Below are positions 61,946 to 64,000 of a DNA stretch of 64,000 bases, in pieces. Position 1 is the stretch's first letter, and each line of letters starts with the position of its first letter. Location: positions 736,001 through 800,000 of the forward strand of contig CAVSGP010000004.1 in assembly GCA_963727505.1 (NCBI GenBank), written 5' to 3'. The notes beneath the pieces were generated by a model, which searched no databases, had not been told where the DNA came from, and saw nothing but the letters and a program-made list of their open reading frames with translations. The position numbers and the translations under genes were made by a program. This DNA comes from an uncultured Trueperaceae bacterium (GTDB lineage Bacteria > Deinococcota > Deinococci > Deinococcales > Trueperaceae).

Positions 61946-63169
61946 ATGCTGGCGCTCGCCTGGCGCAACCTGTGGCGCCAACGCCGCCGCAGCCTCACCA
62001 GCGTCGGCGCGGTGGCGCTGGTGGTGTGCCTCTCGCTGCTGTACTACGGCATCGGCGGCGCCGCGGTGAACAGCATGTACCGCAACCTCACCCAGGCGGC
62101 GGGCCAGGTACAGGTCCACGTCGAGGGCTACCGCAACCTCCGTGACTTCTCGGCCGGGCTCGTCACCGGCGCCTCCCAGGTCGAAGCCGCGGCCCGTTCT
62201 GCGGCGGGCTCCGGCGTGGTCATCGGCGTGCTCGACGTCCCCGGACTCCTCATCCACGGTGACCGCTCGCGCGCCGTTGCCCTGTCGGGTCGACAGTGGC
62301 CCGCGGCCCTGCAGGCCTCCTACTTGCGTCAGAACCCGCTGCAGGGCAGTTTCGTGCGCGCCGGCGACGAGACCGGCATCGTGCTCGGCCGCAGCCTCGC
62401 CACCGCCCTGGCCGTCGGGATCGGCGACGAGGTCGTCATGTACGCGCCCGGCACCGAAGGCTATGGCGCCGCCTCCTACACCGTCACCGGCCTTGTAGAC
62501 GTGCTCGACCCCAACACCGCCGCGCGCACGGCGCTGGTGTCGCTGACGGCGGCACAGGCCCTGGCGGCACCCGACGCGCTGTCGCGGCTCGAGGTCCACT
62601 TCCCCGAGGTCCGGCGCGTGCAGGAGGACGCCATCAGCGCCGAAACGGCTCGTCAGGTCCGCCAGGCGCTGCCCGACCTGACGGTCGAGACGTGGCGGCA
62701 GCTCTCCCCCGCGCTCGGCCGCATCCTCGACTCCATCCGGCCCTTGATGGCGATAACGACGATCATCTTCTACATCCTGGCTGGGCTGCTGGTGGTCAAC
62801 AGCGTCTACCTGGGCATGATCGAGCGCATCCGCGAGTTCGGCGTGCTGATGTCGCTGGGGGCGAGCGGCCGGCGCGTCATGGGGCTGATCACGCTGGAGA
62901 GCGTGGTGTTGTGCTCCGCCGGCGCCGTCCTCGGTTCTGCCGTCGGGCTACCGCTGGTGGGCCTGATGGCGCGCGGCTTCACCGTCCCCGGGCTCGAGCA
63001 GTACTACGCCAGCTTCGGCCTCGACCCGGTCTTCTACGCCAGCATCCACCCCAGCGAGGTGGTGTTCGCCATCCTCTTCGCGCTAGGCACCGGCGTCCTG
63101 GCGGCGCTGTGGCCCGCCTCGCTGGCTTCGCGCCTCGAGCCCGTCGAGGCATTGCGCTTCACGGCGTGA
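61946..63169 (+). CDS. ABC transporter permease (FtsX/LolE-like)
   Basis: LAWRNLWRQRRR, ERIREFGVL and WPA..ASRLEPVEALR motifs. Confidence 0.92.
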   Translation: MLALAWRNLWRQRRRSLTSVGAVALVVCLSLLYYGIGGAAVNSMYRNLTQAAGQVQVHVEGYRNLRDFSAGLVTGASQVEAAARSAAGSGVVIGVLDVPGLLIHGDRSRAVALSGRQWPAALQASYLRQNPLQGSFVRAGDETGIVLGRSLATALAVGIGDEVVMYAPGTEGYGAASYTVTGLVDVLDPNTAARTALVSLTAAQALAAPDALSRLEVHFPEVRRVQEDAISAETARQVRQALPDLTVETWRQLSPALGRILDSIRPLMAITTIIFYILAGLLVVNSVYLGMIERIREFGVLMSLGASGRRVMGLITLESVVLCSAGAVLGSAVGLPLVGLMARGFTVPGLEQYYASFGLDPVFYASIHPSEVVFAILFALGTGVLAALWPASLASRLEPVEALRFTA

Positions 63170-63194
63170 GCGCACCGCAACCCGGAGGGACGGA

Positions 63195-63902
63195 ATGAGC
63201 CTGTACCGCATCGAGAACCTGCAGAAGCGTTACCGGACCGGCGAGGTGGAGACGCTGGCGCTGCGCGGCGTCGACCTCACCATCGACGAGGGCGAGTTCA
63301 CAGCCGTGGCCGGGCCGTCCGGCAGCGGCAAGAGCACGCTTCTCCACCTCATGGGGGCGCTCGACACCCCCTCGGCCGGCGAGGTCTACCTGGCCGGCAC
63401 CCGCATCGACCGGCTCGGCAAGCGCGACGCCGCCCGCATGCGGCTGGCGAACCTCGGCTTCGTGTTCCAGGCGTACAACCTCATCCCCGTGCTGACCGCC
63501 CTCGAGAACGCGGCCTTCGTGCTGGAGCTGCAAGGCGTCGGCCGGCGCGAGCGAGAGAAGCGGGCCCACCAGGCCCTCGACGACCTCGGCATGGCGGAGT
63601 TCGCCAGCCGTCGCCCCAACCAGCTCTCCGGCGGGCAGCAGCAGCGCGTGGCCGTCGCCCGCGCGCTGGCAGCCGAGCCGAAGATCATCCTGGCCGACGA
63701 GCCTACCGCCAACCTGGACAGCGAGACCGGGCACGCCCTCATCGAGCTGATGCGTCACCTCAACCGAGAGCACGGCGTGACCTTCGTGTTCAGCACGCAC
63801 GATCCGAGGCTGCTCGACAGTGTGGACCGCATCGTCCGGCTCGAGGACGGACGCGTCGCCGGCGAGGAGAAGCGGGGCGGGAACACGCGCGTCGAGGCAT
63901 GA
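63195..63902 (+). CDS. ABC transporter ATP-binding protein (LolD-like)
   Basis: [26 protein letters not shown] and STHD motifs. Confidence 0.96.
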   Translation: MSLYRIENLQKRYRTGEVETLALRGVDLTIDEGEFTAVAGPSGSGKSTLLHLMGALDTPSAGEVYLAGTRIDRLGKRDAARMRLANLGFVFQAYNLIPVLTALENAAFVLELQGVGRREREKRAHQALDDLGMAEFASRRPNQLSGGQQQRVAVARALAAEPKIILADEPTANLDSETGHALIELMRHLNREHGVTFVFSTHDPRLLDSVDRIVRLEDGRVAGEEKRGGNTRVEA

Positions 63903-64000
63903 GCATGCCGCTGCGCCCCATGCGGGGGGGCCGTCGGCATCCTCCGCCAGCGCGCCGCCACCTGGTCCTGGCGCGTGCGCTGCGGTGGTCCACGGCGCTG

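Noticed and set aside
63899..64000. Start of next CDS
   Set aside because: An ATGA overlap suggests a gene, but the frame and product cannot be supported from about 100 nt

Overview
High-GC (about 70% by eye) bacterial chromosomal segment, most likely Deinococcota (Trueperaceae/Thermus-like). That call is an inference from the CarH/LitR-LdrP pair, an SLRT-type ArgF, an OmpH/Skp gene and a pervasive leaderless-mRNA promoter signature. Most of the window is intact housekeeping genes: malic enzyme, ffh-rpsP-khpA-rimM-trmD, skp, pilD, argF-argC-argJ, lpdA, leuS, maf-mreC, rpiA-acpS, rnhA, mrpA-G, M20/M32/M42 peptidases, a dynamin-like GTPase, pheA, carB, rnr and a LolCDE-like ABC system. The stand-out is an accessory locus at about 43.9-49.4 kb. 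A c-di-GMP-II riboswitch, whose 5' strand can pair with the ribosome-binding site (predicted translational ON switch), sits directly in front of three genes: a secreted pilin-like subunit, a chaperone-like protein and a two-domain pilin/adhesin-like protein. These converge on a large usher-like outer-membrane protein. Together they look like a non-canonical, c-di-GMP-controlled chaperone-usher-type pilus. Only this locus is riddled with frameshifts (unpolished sequence or decay). Other notable signals: a B12 photoreceptor module (carH-ldrP) with a readable 11-bp-phased operator; a leaderless 22-aa peptide plus terminator upstream of leuS; a GbsR/MarR gene that appears to start at ATC; and an HDLP instead of HCLP motif in ArgF. 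No database searches were run; all family calls come from motifs read in the sequence.
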